Made by a program: the position numbers and the translations under genes. Below the pieces are notes generated by a model that searched no databases, was not told the DNA's origin, and saw nothing but the letters and a program-made list of their open reading frames with translations. From Octopus sinensis (taxonomy: Eukaryota), in the NCBI RefSeq assembly GCF_006345805.1, contig NC_043013.1, forward strand, positions 19,282,001 through 19,346,000: a DNA stretch of 64,000 nucleotides. Direction: 5' to 3'. Positions 1 through 12,400 of the stretch are shown here, piece by piece (positions within the stretch are counted from its first letter, which is position 1; every line of letters starts with the position of its first letter).

Positions 1-3000
1 TTGTAGTTGATGGTGTAGTAGGGGTATCTGTTATTGCTGTAGTTTGTGTTGTCTTAGTAGTACCAGCAGTTACGTTAGTTTGTGTTGTAGTTGTTGGTGA
101 TGTAGTACTGTCTGTTGTTGTTGATGCTGATGTAGTTGCTGATGTACTAGTGGTGCCTGCTGTTGGTGTAGTTTGTGATGTAGTTTCAGCTGTAGTAATA
201 CTACGCATAGCTGCTGGCGTATCAGTAGTGCCTGATGTTGCTGTAGTTTGTGATGTAGTTGCTGGTGCAGTAGTGATGTCTATTGTTGCTGTTGTTTGTG
301 ATGTAGTTGGAGGTGTGGTAGTAGTATTTGCTGTTACCGTAGTTTGTGCTATAGTTATGTCTGTGGTAGTTGTACCTGTTACTGCCGTAGTTTGTGTCGT
401 AGTTGCTAGTGTTGTAGGGGTGCCTGGCATTGCTGTGGTGTGTGAAGTAGTTGTTGGGCCGTTGTAGTGTCTGCTGTTGTTGATGCTTGTGGTGTAGTTG
501 TTGGTGTAATATCTGTATCATTCAGTGCTGTAGTTTGTGATGTAGTTGATGACGTAGAAAGAGTACCCGCTGTTACTTTGCTTTGTGGTGTAGTTACTTG
601 TATGGTACTAGTGTCGGTCGTTGGTGTAGTTTCTGATGTAGTTGCTGATGTACTAGTGGTGCCTGTTGATGATGTAGTGTAAGATGTAGTTGCTGGGGTA
701 GTAATGATACTTGTCCTTGCAGCAGTTTGTATTGTAGTGGGTTGTGTAGTAGTGGTGCCCACTGTTGCTGTAGTATGTGTCATAGTGTGTGGTTTAACAG
801 TTGTGCCTAGTGTTGCTGTAGTTTGCGTTGTAGTGAGTGGCATGGTAGTGGTACTCACTGTTACTGTAGTTTGTGGTGTAGTTGTTGATGTTATAGTGGT
901 GCCTTTTGTTGGCGTAGTTTGTGTTGTAGTTGTAGGTGTACTAGTGGTTCCTGGTGTTGCAGTCTGTGGTGTAGTTGCTGGTGTGATATTACTGCCTTTT
1001 GTTGGTGTACTTTCTGATGTAGTTGCTAGTGTAGTAGTACTACCATCTGCTGTTGCTCTTGTTTGTAATGTAGTCGATGGTGTTGTACGGGTGCCTGTTG
1101 TAGTTTGTGATGTAGTTGTTAGTGTAGTAGGAAGGTTTGTTTTTGCTGTTGTCTGTGACGTAGTGTTTGCTGTAGCTATGGAGTCTTTTGTCACTGTAGT
1201 TCGTGATGTAGTTTTGACCGTTGTTGCTGTAGTTTGTGATGTAGTAGTGGGTGCAATTTTGGTTTGTGCTGTAGTTGTTTGTGTAGTAGTAGCTCCAGGT
1301 GTTGCTGCATTCTCTGGTATAGTTGTTTGTGTGGTAGTAGTGCCTTCTGTTGCTGCAGTTTGTGATGCAGTAGCTGGTTTAGTAGTGGTTCCTGCTGTTG
1401 CTGTAGTTTGTGGTGTAGTTTTGGTGACTCTTGTTGCTGTAGTTTGTGTTGTAGTTGTTGGTGTAGTAGTAGTAGCGCCTGTTGTTGCTGTAGTTTCTGG
1501 TGTAGGTGTGTGTGTGGCAGTAAAGCCTTCTGTTGCTGTAGTTTGTGGTGTAGTTGTTTGTGTAGTAGTATCTCCTGGTGTTGCTGTAGTTTCTGGTGTA
1601 GTTGTTTGTGTGATAGTAGTGTCCTCTGTTGCTGTGGTTTGTGATGTAGTTCCTGATTTAGTAGTGGTTCTTGCTGTTGCTGTAGTTTGTGGTGTAGTAG
1701 GTGTAGTTTCTGACGTAGAAACACCAGTTGTTGCTGTAGTTTGTGCTGTAGTTTCTGGTGTAGTAGTAGCGCCGGTTGTTATTGTAGCTTCTTGTGTAGT
1801 TGTTTGTGTGGTAGTAGTGCCTTCTGTTGCTGCAGTTTGTGATGTAGTAGCTGGTTTAGTAGTGGTTCCTGCTGTTGCTGTAGTCTCTGATGTAGTTTTG
1901 GTGATTGTTGTTGTTGTAGTTTGTGTTGTAGTTGTTGGCATTGTAGTTGCGCCTGTTGTTGCAGTAGTTTCTGGTGTAGTAGTAGCGCCGGTTGTTATTG
2001 TAGCTTCTTGTGTAGTTGTTTGTGTGGTAGTAGTGCCTTCTGTTGCTGCAGTTTGTGATGTAGTAGCTGGTTTAGTAGTGGTTCCTGCTGTTGCTGTAGT
2101 TTGTGCTGTAGTTTCTGGTGTAGTTGTTTGTGTGATAGTAGTGTCCTCTGTTGCTGTGGTTTGTGATGTAGTTGTAGGTATAGTAATGGTTCCTGCTGTT
2201 GCTGTAGTTTGTGGTGTAGTTGTTTGTGTGGTAGTAGTGCCTTCTGTTGCTGCAGTTTGTGATGTAGTTCCTGATTTAGTAGTGGTTCTTGCTGTTGCTG
2301 TAGTTGTGGTGTAGTAGGTGTAGTTTCTGACGTAGAAACACCAGTTGTTGCTGTAGTTTGTGCTGTAGTTTCTGGTGTAGTAGTAGCGCCGGTTGTTATT
2401 GTAGCTTCTTGTGTAGTTGTTTGTGTGGTAGTAGTGCCTTCTGTTGCTGCAGTTTGTGATGTAGTAGCTGGTTTAGTAGTGGTTCCTGCTGTTGCTGTAG
2501 TCTCTGATGTAGTTTTGGTGATTGTTGTTGTTGTAGTTTGTGTTGTAGTTGTTGGCATTGTAGTTGCGCCTGTTGTTGCAGTAGTTTCTGGTGTAGCTGT
2601 TTGTGTGGCAGTAGAGCCTTCTGCTGCTGTAGTTTGTGATGTAGTTGTAGGTATAGTAATGGTTCCTGCTGTTGCTGTAGTTTGTGGTGTAGTAGGTGTA
2701 GTTTCTGACGTAGAAACACCAGTTGTTGCTGTAGTTTGTGCTGTAGTTTCTGGTGTAGTAGTAGCGCCGGTTGTTATTGTAGCTTCTTGTGTAGTTGTTT
2801 GTGTGGTAGTAGTGACTTCCGTTGCTGTAGTTTGTGATGTAGTTGCTGGTGTTGAAGTTTTATCTGTTGTTGCTGTACTTTGCGAAGTATTTGCTGGTGT
2901 TGTAATGGTGCCTGTTCTTGCTGTTGTTTGTGATGTAGTTGTTGGTGTTGTCCGTGATGTCTCTGGTGTAGCTGTGGTGTCTGTTGATGCAGTGGTTCGT

Positions 3001-3400
3001 GATGTAGTGGTTGGTGTAACAGTGGTGCCTGTAGTTTGTGATGTAGTTGTTTGTGTTATAGTTTTGTCTGTTGCTATATTTTGTGATGTTGTGTCTCTAA
3101 TTGAAGATTTGTGTGTCACTGCTGTCGTTGGTGACGGAGTAGTCGGAGTAACCATGGTGTCTTTCGTTGCTGTACTTTGCATTGTATCATTTTGCTGCGG
3201 TATTCGCAACTTTTCTGATGCAGTTGTCGGTATATTCGTTGTAATTTCTGTTACTGTTTGTGTTGTAGTGATGTTTGTCTTTGCTGTAGCGTCTGGTGTA
3301 GTTGTTGGTGTAATATTGATGTATGTTGTTGCTCTAGTATGTGATGTAGTAGTAGTAGTAGTTGGCGTATTCATATTTTTCATTGTTGCTGTTGTTTGTG
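1..3400 (-). repeat. Coding repeat with ~16-aa (48-bp) unit TTTSQTTATxGTTTTP and higher-order duplications
   Basis: gtagtttgtgatgtagt motifs recur. The segment encoding QEATITTGATTTPETTAQTTATTGVSTSETTPTTP occurs three times (gacgtagaaacacc near 1712, 2329 and 2707). Confidence 0.85.
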
Positions 3401-6400
3401 ATGTAGAGATGTGTGTAGTGGTTTTAGATGGTTCCTGTGTCATGTTGGCTGGAATGTTAAATTTTGTGGAATGCTTCGAGAAATCTTCTGTAATGTGTTG
3501 AGAAGACGTATACATTTCTGTAGACGGAGTCGGTGGAAGAGAATTAGGGAATGCTAAGTTTGATGATTCTTCATGCGTGGAAAATTCTGAAGTCTCATCT
3601 ACAGATGAAAGTGTAACGGTTGAAGATGTTAGATCTTGTGCACCTTGTGTTGTAATAGAGGGTGTCTGTTTATATTCTAATGAGCCTGTACTTGTCGATG
3701 GTAGAGAAGTTTCTCCTCCTGTTGTGACAGTACCTGTTTCAAGGTTGCTGGATGTTTCGTATCTGACTGTAGAGGGTGAATGCGCTAAGGGTGTGCTTGC
3801 TTCAGTTGTACGTGGCTTAGTTAGTGACATTCTATTTGTGGTATGCAATATTGTAAGTGTTGATGTTGCTGTGGTTGTTGTTGCTTCTGTTGTGGTAGGT
3901 GTTGTGCTTGCAGTTGTGGCAGATGTTGGTCCAGAGATGGTTGCAGTTGTTTGTTGTGTAGTGATTGTTGTTGGTTCCCTTGCTGCTGCTGTTGACACTC
4001 GTTCTTTAGTGCTTAATGTTGAGGTTGGAGTTGGTGCTGCTTTTGTAGCTGTTGTTGTTGTACCTGATGTAGTTGTAGATGTTGGTTTAATTGTGGTTGC
4101 TATGGTTGGTGTTCTGATTGTTGTTGGTTTTGTTGTGGTTGTTGCTTGTGATGACATTGTAGGTTCTGTTGCGGTTGTTAATGTTGGTTCTAATGTGGTT
4201 GTTGGAACTAGTCTGTTTGTAATCGATTCTATGGTGGTTGTTGTTCGTTCTGTTGTGATTGTAGTTGGCGGTTCTGTTGTGTTTGTTGTCAGTTCTGCAG
4301 TGCTTGTTGCTCGTTCTGTTGTGATTGTGGTTGATAGATCTGTGGCGGTTGCTGTCGGTTCTGTAGTGGTTGTTAATAGTTCTGTTGTGGCTGTTATTGT
4401 TGGTCTTGTGGTTGTTGTTGATGATGATGTACTTGCTGGTGGTGCTGTAGTGTTTATGGACAGTAGTGTTGCGGTTGTTGTTGGTTGTGGTGACGTTATT
4501 GTAGATTCTGATCTGGCAGTTGGTGATGTTGCTTTTGTAATGGTTGTTAATATTGGTTCTCTTGTTCTTGGTTTTGGCTCTATTATAGTTGTTGATTTTG
4601 TTGTGATTGTTTCTGGTTCTATTGTGGTTAGTTTTAGTTTTCTTGTAGTTTTTGATGATTCAGTAGTTGTTGTTGTTGTTGGTTCTCTTGAGATTGTTGT
4701 TTGTGTTGTGGTTATCGGTGCTTTGGCAGTGGTTGCTGCTGGCTCTGTCGTGATTGTTGTTGTTGGTATTGTTTTCGTTGTTGTTTGTTCTGATGTGGTT
4801 GATGTCATTGGTTCTGTAGTGATTATAGTTGTTGGCTCTGTTGTGGTGGTGATTATTGGTTCTGTTGTGACTGCTGTTTGTTCTGTTGTGGCTGATGTCT
4901 GCGTTGTGGTTGTTGTTGGTTCTCTTGTCATTGTTGTTGTTGTTGGTCGTGTTGTGGTTGTTGATGGTTCAGTTATGGTTGTTTCTTGTGTTGTGATTGT
5001 GGTTGTTGGTCTTGTGATTGCTGGCCCGGTTGTGATTGTAGTTGTTGGTCTTGTTGGGGTGGTTGTTAGTTCTGTGGCCGTTGCTGTTTTTGTTGTGGCT
5101 GGTTGCGATGTGATTGTGGCTGTTGGTCCTATTTTGGTGGTTGTTGTTTGTGTTGCAGCTGTTGTTGCTTCTGTTGTGATTGTGGCTGTTGGTTCTATTG
5201 TAGTGGTCGTTGGTGCTGTGGGTGTTGCTGTTTGTGTTCTGGGTGTTGTTGGTGTTGTGGCTGTTTGTACTGTTGGGTGTGTTGTTGGTTTTGTTTCAGT
5301 TGTTGGTGCATCTGTTGTGGTTGTTGTTTCCGTTGTGGCTATTGTTGGTTCTGTGGTGGTTGTTATTTGGTCTGTTGTGATTGAGGATTTTGATCCTGTT
5401 TTAGTTGTTGATGGTTTTGTTGTGATTGTGGTCTTTGGTTCTGTTGTGGCTTTTAGTTCTGTTGTGATTTTTGGTTCTGCTGTACTTGTTTGTTTCGTTG
5501 TGACTGTGGTTGTTGGTCCTGTTGTGGTTATTGTTGGTTCTGTTGTAGATTTTGGTTCTGTTGTAGTTGTTGGTCCTGTTGTGGTTGCTGGTTTTGATGT
5601 GATTGCGGTTTTCGTTTCTGTTGTTGTGGTTGTTGGTTCCGTGGTGGTTCTTATTTGTGTTGTGGTTGTTGGTTCCGTGGTGGTTTGTGTTGTGGTTGTT
5701 TGTGTTGTGGTTGATGTTAGTTCTGTGGACGTTGCTATTGGTTGTGTTGTGACGGTAGTTGCTGTTTCTTCAGTCGTGGATGCGTCTCTTGGTTTCATTG
5801 AGTTTGTGGTTGTTGCTTCTATTATAGTTGCGGTTATTGGTTCTATTGTGGTTGTTGTTGGTTCTGTGGTGGTTTTTGGCATGGTTGTTATTTGCGGTGA
5901 CGTTGTTGGTGGTTCAGTTGTGGCCGTTGTTAGTCCTGTTGGGATTATTGTTGTTGGAGCTTTTGTGATTGTTGTTTGATCTGTTGTGGTTGTTACTGGA
6001 GTTGTTGGCTCTCTAATGGTTGTTGTTGGTCCTGTTGAAGTTGCTGAAGGTGGAGATGTTCTAGTTGTTGGTATTGTTGTTATCGTTCTTTGATCTGTTG
6101 CAGTTGATTTTGGTGGTAATGTTGTTGCTGATGATTCATTTGTGCCTGTTGTTGACGTTGCACTTGGCGTTGTGGTTGGGGTTGTTGTTGCTGTTAGTAT
6201 AGTGGTTGTTGGTGTTTCCGATGTATTTGTAGATGTTGGTTCTCTTGTGGTCGCTGTTGCAAGTTGTAGTGTGGTTGTTGCTGGCATTGGTGCTGTTGTA
6301 ACTGGTTGTGTTCGGGTTGTGGTTGTTGTTGTTGTTGTTGGTAATGATATTGGTTTTGTTATGGTCTTTAATTGTGCTGTTGAAGTACTTGTTGTTGGTG

Positions 6401-9400
6401 CTGTTGTGATTGTTGTTGTTTCCGATGTGATTTTGGATGTAGTTTCTTTCGTTGTTGTTGTAGCTGGTTCAGCTGCGGCGCTTGTTCGTTGTGTTGTGGC
6501 TGCTGTTCTAGGATCTAATGTATTTCTTTTTGGTTCAGTTGTGGTGGTAGCTGGTGGGGATGTTGTTTTTGTTGCTGATGCTGTTTTTGTTGTTAGTGAT
6601 ATTGTTATTGGTGATGCTGTTGTTGGTGATGTTGTTATTGTAGGTTCTGTTGTAGATGTTGGTGATGATAAAGCTGTTGGTTCTCTTGTAGCTGTTGTTG
6701 GTGCTGTTGTGTCTGCTGTAGGTGGAGATGTTGCAGTTGTTGGTACTCTTGTGGTTGTTCTTAGTGTTGTTGTAGTTGACGTTAGTTGTGATGTTGTCGC
6801 TGATGTTTCTGTTGAGCTTGTTATTGAAGTTGCACTCGGTGTTGTGTCTGAGATTGTTGTTGTTACATAAGGCGTTGTTGTTGGTTCGCTGGTTGTTGCT
6901 GTTGTTTCCTGTGTGCTTGAAAATGATGGTTCTGTTATGGTTGCTCTTGGTGGTGATGACATTGTTGGTTCTGTTGTGGTTATCGTTGTTAGGTATAGTG
7001 AGGCTGTCGTTGGTTCTGTTGTGGTTGCTGATTCTGGTACTGTTGTGATTGCTGTCGGATCGGCTGTGGTTGTTGTTGTTGGTGCTGTTGTTCTTAATAG
7101 AGTTGTTATTATTGGAGCTGTTGGGGTTGTTGTTGGTGATGTTCTTTTTGTTGGTTCTATTGTAATTGTTGTTGGTGCTGTTGTGGTTGTCGTTGCTCGC
7201 TCTGTTAATGTTATAGGTGCTGTTGGCTGTGTTGTTATTGGCTCAGGTGTAACAGCTGTTGGTTCTGTTCTGCTTGTTATTGGTTGTTTTGTATTTGCTG
7301 CAGGTGAAGAGGTTGCTGTAATTGGTTCTGATGTAGATTTTGTTGTAGTTTTAGTCGTCGGTTGTGATGACATAGTTGACGGTTCTGTTGTCCGTGTTGT
7401 AGACACGGTTGATGTTGTTGCTGCACTTGGTGTTGTTGTTAGTTCAATGGTTTGTATTGGTGTTTCCGACCTTCTGGTCGATATTGGTTGTGAGGTGGTT
7501 GTTGTTCGTAGAAATGCTGTTATTGTGGGTTCCATTGCAGTTGTTGTCTGTTGAATTTTGCTTGTTGTTCGTGGCAATGCTGTTGTTGGTTCTATTTTGG
7601 CTGTGGTTGGAACTGATGTTGTTGGGGTTTCTGTTGCGGTGGTTGTTGGTTCGCTTGTAGTTGTGCTTCTGGGAGTAGTTGGTGTTGTGTTGCTTTTTGT
7701 TGCCCCGGTAATAGTCGTTGCTGTTGATTCTGTCGGGGATGCTTTTGGCTCTGTTGTGATTGATGATGTTAGTACTGTTCTGATAATTGTTTGTTCTGAT
7801 GCGGTTGTTGTTGATGCTTCTGTTGTGGTTGTTTTTGGTTCTGTTGTGGCTGTTTTTGGTTTTGTAGTGGTTGTCGTTGTCAGTGGTATTGTGGTTGTTG
7901 ATGGTATCGTTCTCGTTTCTGCTGTGGTCGCTGTTGATTCTGTAGTAATTGCTGATGCCGTGTTGACAGCTGTTGGTTCTGTTGTGATTGTTGTTGGTCC
8001 AGTAGTTGTTGTTGTTGTTGGTACTACTGTGTTTGTTGTCTGAGATGTTGTTAATGGTTCCTTTGTAGTGGTTGTTGGTACTGTTTTCGTTGTTCTTGAT
8101 GGAGATGTAGTTGGGGGCTCTGTTGCGGTTGTTGTAGTTACTGGTGTGGTTGTTTTTGGTGCTCTTGTCGTTGTTGTCGGTTCTGTAATGATTGTTGTTG
8201 CGCTTGTTGTAGCTGATGTTACTGTTTCTGTGGTTGTTGACGGTTCTGTTGTAGTTACCTTTATTGCTGTGGCTATTGATGCTGGTGATGTTTTGGTTGT
8301 TGTTGGTATTGTTATTTTTGGTTCTATTGTAGTCGTTAGAGTTGGTTTCGTTGCTGTTCTTGGTAGTGGGGCTGTTGTGGTTGTTGTTGGTTCGATTCCG
8401 GTTGTGGGTGTTGTTTTTGTTTGTGTTGTAGTTGTTTCTAGTGGTGATTCGGTTGTAGCTGTTGCCTTGGTTGAAGTTACTTGCTCTTTTGTGGTTATCG
8501 TATTTAGTTCTGCGGCGGTTTTCATTGCTCCTGTTGTTGCTGTTGTTGTTTCTGCTGTTACTGTCGGCACCGTTGTTCTTGTTCTTGTTCCTGTTCGCTT
8601 GGTAAATGTTAGTTCTGTTGTTGTTGCTGGTAGTGTTGCAGTTGTTGATTCAGCTCTTGTTGTCCCTTCCATTGTCCTTATTCTTGGCTTAGTAGTACTA
8701 ATTGTTGTTGATGGTATTGTCTCTGTAGATAAATGTGTGGTTGTTGTTGCTGGTTTTATTGTTGTTGGTAAAGTTGTAGTTGCTATTACTGGTTCTATTG
8801 TGCTTGATAAGGGTTCTTTTGTGGATGTAATTGGGGATGTTTCGGACGATGTTGTTTCTATTGATGTTGATGTTGGTGCTTTTGTATTTGTTGTTGCTTG
8901 TTGTGATGCTGTTGTGGTTGGTGGTGATGTTGCTATTGTTTGCATTGTTGCTGTTCTTGTTTGTAATTTGGTGGTTATCGTTGTTGGTGTAGTAGTGGTC
9001 GTTGTTGGAAACGTTGTTGTTATTGCTGGTTCAGTTGTGGTTGCTGGAATTGGTGTTGCCTTGGTTGATGTTGCTTGTGTTGTGGTTGTGGTTCGATCTC
9101 TTGTAGTTGTTGTTGGTTCTTGTATGGATGATAATGTTGGATTTGTTGTGCTTGATACCGGTTCTGCTGTGGTAATTGTTCTTGGTGATGTTATAGTTGG
9201 TTCTGTTGCTGTGTGTGTTGGTACTTTTGTGGTTATTATTGGTGAACTTGTGTTTGTTGTTGTTGTTGAGATTGTAGTTGTTGGTGTTGGTCCTGTTGTG
9301 GTTGTTGGTTCTGCCGTGGTTATGGATGGATGAGTTGTGGTTTGTATTGTTTTTGTAGTTGTAGATTCTGGTGTGGTTGTTGATGTTTGTGATGTTCTTG

Positions 9401-12400
9401 GGGCCTTTGTTGTTGTTGGTACATGAGTAAATATTAATTGATCTGGTGTGGTTGTCGATAGTGTTATGTCTGTTGTTGGTTCTATTGTGCTTGTTCCTTG
9501 TTCTATTGTCGTTGTTGATTCTGTTGTGATTGAGGTTATTGATAGTCCTGGTGTGGCTGTGTTTGTTGTGCTGGTGTTGTTGTTGGATTTGTTGTGGTTG
9601 TTGTTAGATCAAGTGTTGATATTGCTGATTCCTCTGAGGATGTTCTAATTGGTCCTATTTTGTTTGTTGCTTCTACTGATGTGGTTGTTGACGCTTCTGG
9701 TGTAATTGTTGTTGGTTCTGGTCTGGTTGTTGTTGGTCCTGCCTTTGTTGTTGTAGGATCCAGCTTGGTTGTTGTTTGTTCTGGAGTGGTATCTGTTGTT
9801 TCTGCTTTTGACAATGTCGGTTCTGCTGCAGTTGTTTTAACTCCTGGTGAGGCTGTTGCTGGTTCTGTTGTTGTTGGTCCAGGTACAGAGGTAGTAGGTT
9901 CTGATTTGGTTGTTGTTGCTTCTGTTATGGATGTTGGTTCTCTTGTCGTTCTTGTCGGTTCTGTGGTGGTTGTTGGTTTTGTTGAGGCTGTTGGATTTGA
10001 TATAGTTGTTGTTAGTTTTGGTGCAGTTGCTTCTGATTCTGTTGTTGTTTTTGGTTCGATTGTGGTTGTTGCTGGTTCTGTTGTGGTTGCTATTGGTTTT
10101 GATTCAGACGTTGTTGGATGTGATATGGTTGTTGTTGGTTTTGATTCAGTTGTTGTTAGTTTTCTCGCGGTAGTTGCTGATTCTAATGTAATCGTTGTTG
10201 GTTCGGTGGTGATTGTTGTTGGCTGCATTGTGTTTGTTGTTGGTTCTGTTGCAACTGTGGTGGGGTTTGTTGTTGTCATTGGTACTGTTGTGGGGTTTAT
10301 TGTTGTTGTTGTTGTTGCCGTAGTTGCTGGAACTGTTGTAGTTGTTGCTGATTTTGTTGTGGTGCTAATTGGTTCAGTTGTAGTTGTTGTTGGTACTGTT
10401 GTGATTGTTGTTGGTTGTGTTCTGGTGGTTGCTGGTCCTCTCATGATAGTTGCGGTTGTTATTGGTTTTAGTGTTGTTTCCTGAGTTGTGGCTGTAGCTG
10501 ATGGTCTTGTTATGGTTGTTCTTCGTTCAGTTGTGGTTGGTGTTGGTTCTACTGTGGTTATGGTAGGTTTTGGTGCAGCTGTTGTTGACTTGGTTGTGGT
10601 ATTTCTTGGTTCTGTTGTGGTCGTTGTTGCTTCTGTTGTGGTTATTGGTTTTGGCGTGGTTATTGTTGGCTCTGTTGTTGTTGGTTCTGCTGTGGTTGTT
10701 CGTTTTCGTGTGGTTGTTATTGGTTCTATTGTTGCTACAAGTGGTTTTGGTTCAGTTGTTGTTGGATTTAGTGGTGTTGTTTTTGGTTCATTTGCGGTTG
10801 TTGTTGTTAGCTTTGTCGTGCCAGTTGGAGGTTCTGCTGTGGCTGTTGTTGGTTCCGTTGTTACTCGTTCTGTCGCGGTTGTTGCTGTTGTTGGCAGTTT
10901 TGAGGATGTTGTTGGTTGTGTATTGAGTGTTGTTGGTTCTGTTATGGTTGCTGTTGGCTTTGACATGGTTGTTGTTGGTTCTCCTGTGCTGCTTGTTGGT
11001 TTTGTTGTAGTTGTTCTTGGTTTTGTAGTGGGAGTTGGTGATCCTGTTGTTATTGTTGTTGGTTTTGCTGTGGTTGTTGTTGCTTCAGTAGTGGTTGTTG
11101 TTGGTTCTGTTGTGGTCGTTGCTGCTTTTACTGTGGCTGTAGTTGGTTGTGTATTTGTTGTTGTTGGTTCTGTTGTGATCATCGTTGGTTCTTTACTTGG
11201 TGTGGTTAGTTTTGTTGTGGTTGTTGTTGGAATTGTTGTGATTGTTCTTGGCTCCGTAATGGTTGTTGTTGGTTCTGCAGTTATTGTTTTGGTTTCTGTA
11301 GTGGGTGTTGTTGGTTCCGTAGTAGTGGTTGGTTCTGTTGTAGTCGTTGTTGATTCTGTAGTAGTAGAAGTTCTTGGTTCTGTTGTGGCTGTTGTTGGTT
11401 TTATTGAGCTTGTTTGTTCTGTAGTGGTTGTTGGTGGTTCTGTTGTGGTTGTGGTTGGTCCTGCTGTGGTTGTTGTTGTTTCTGTAGTGGTTGTTGGTGG
11501 TTCTGTTGTTGTTGGTGGTGGTTCTGTTGTGGTTGTTATTTGTTCTGTTGTGGTTGTTGTTCCTTCTGTTGTGGTTGCTGTTGGATTTGTTGTGGTTGTT
11601 GTTGGTTCTGTTGTGGTTGTTGTTGGTTCTGGTGGGATTGTTGTTGGTTCTGTTGTGGTTGTTGTTGGTTCTGCTGTGGTTGTTGTTGGTTCTGTTGTGG
11701 TTGTTGTTGGTTCTGTAGTGGTTGTTGCTTGTTCAATTGTGGTTGTTATTGGTTCTCTTTTGGTTGTTGTTGGTTCTGTTGTGGTTGTTGTTGGTTCTGT
11801 AGTGGTTGTTGTTGGATTTGTTGTGATTGTTGCTTGTTCTGTTGTGGTTGTTATTGGTTCTCTTTTGGTTGTTGTTGGTTTTGCTGTGGTTGTTGTTGGT
11901 TCTGTTATGATTGTTGTTGGTTCTGTAGTGGCCATTGTTGGTTTTATTGTGGTCATTGGCTGTGTTATGGTTGTTGCTGGTTTTGTTGTAGTTGTTGTTG
12001 GTTCTTTTGTGGTTGTTCTTGGCTTTGTTGTGGTCGTTGTTGGTTCTGTAGAGGCTGTTTTTGGTTTTGTCGTGGTTATTGGTTCTGTTATGGCTGTTGT
12101 TGGTCTTGTGGTTGTTGTTGTGATTGTTGTTGGTTCTGTAGTGGTTATTGATTCTTTTATTGTGGTAATTGGTTCTGATGTTGGTGTCGTTGGTCGTGTT
12201 GTAGTTGTTGCTGGTTCTGTTGTGATTAGTGTTGGTTTTATTGTGGTTATTGGTTCTGTTGTGGTTGTTCTTGGCTCTGTTGTTGTTTTTGATTCTGCTG
12301 TGGTTGTTGTTGGTTCTGTAAGGTTTATAGTTGGTTCTGTTGTGGTTGTTGTTGATTCTGTAGAGGGATTTCTTCGTTTTGTTCCTGTTATTATTAGCTC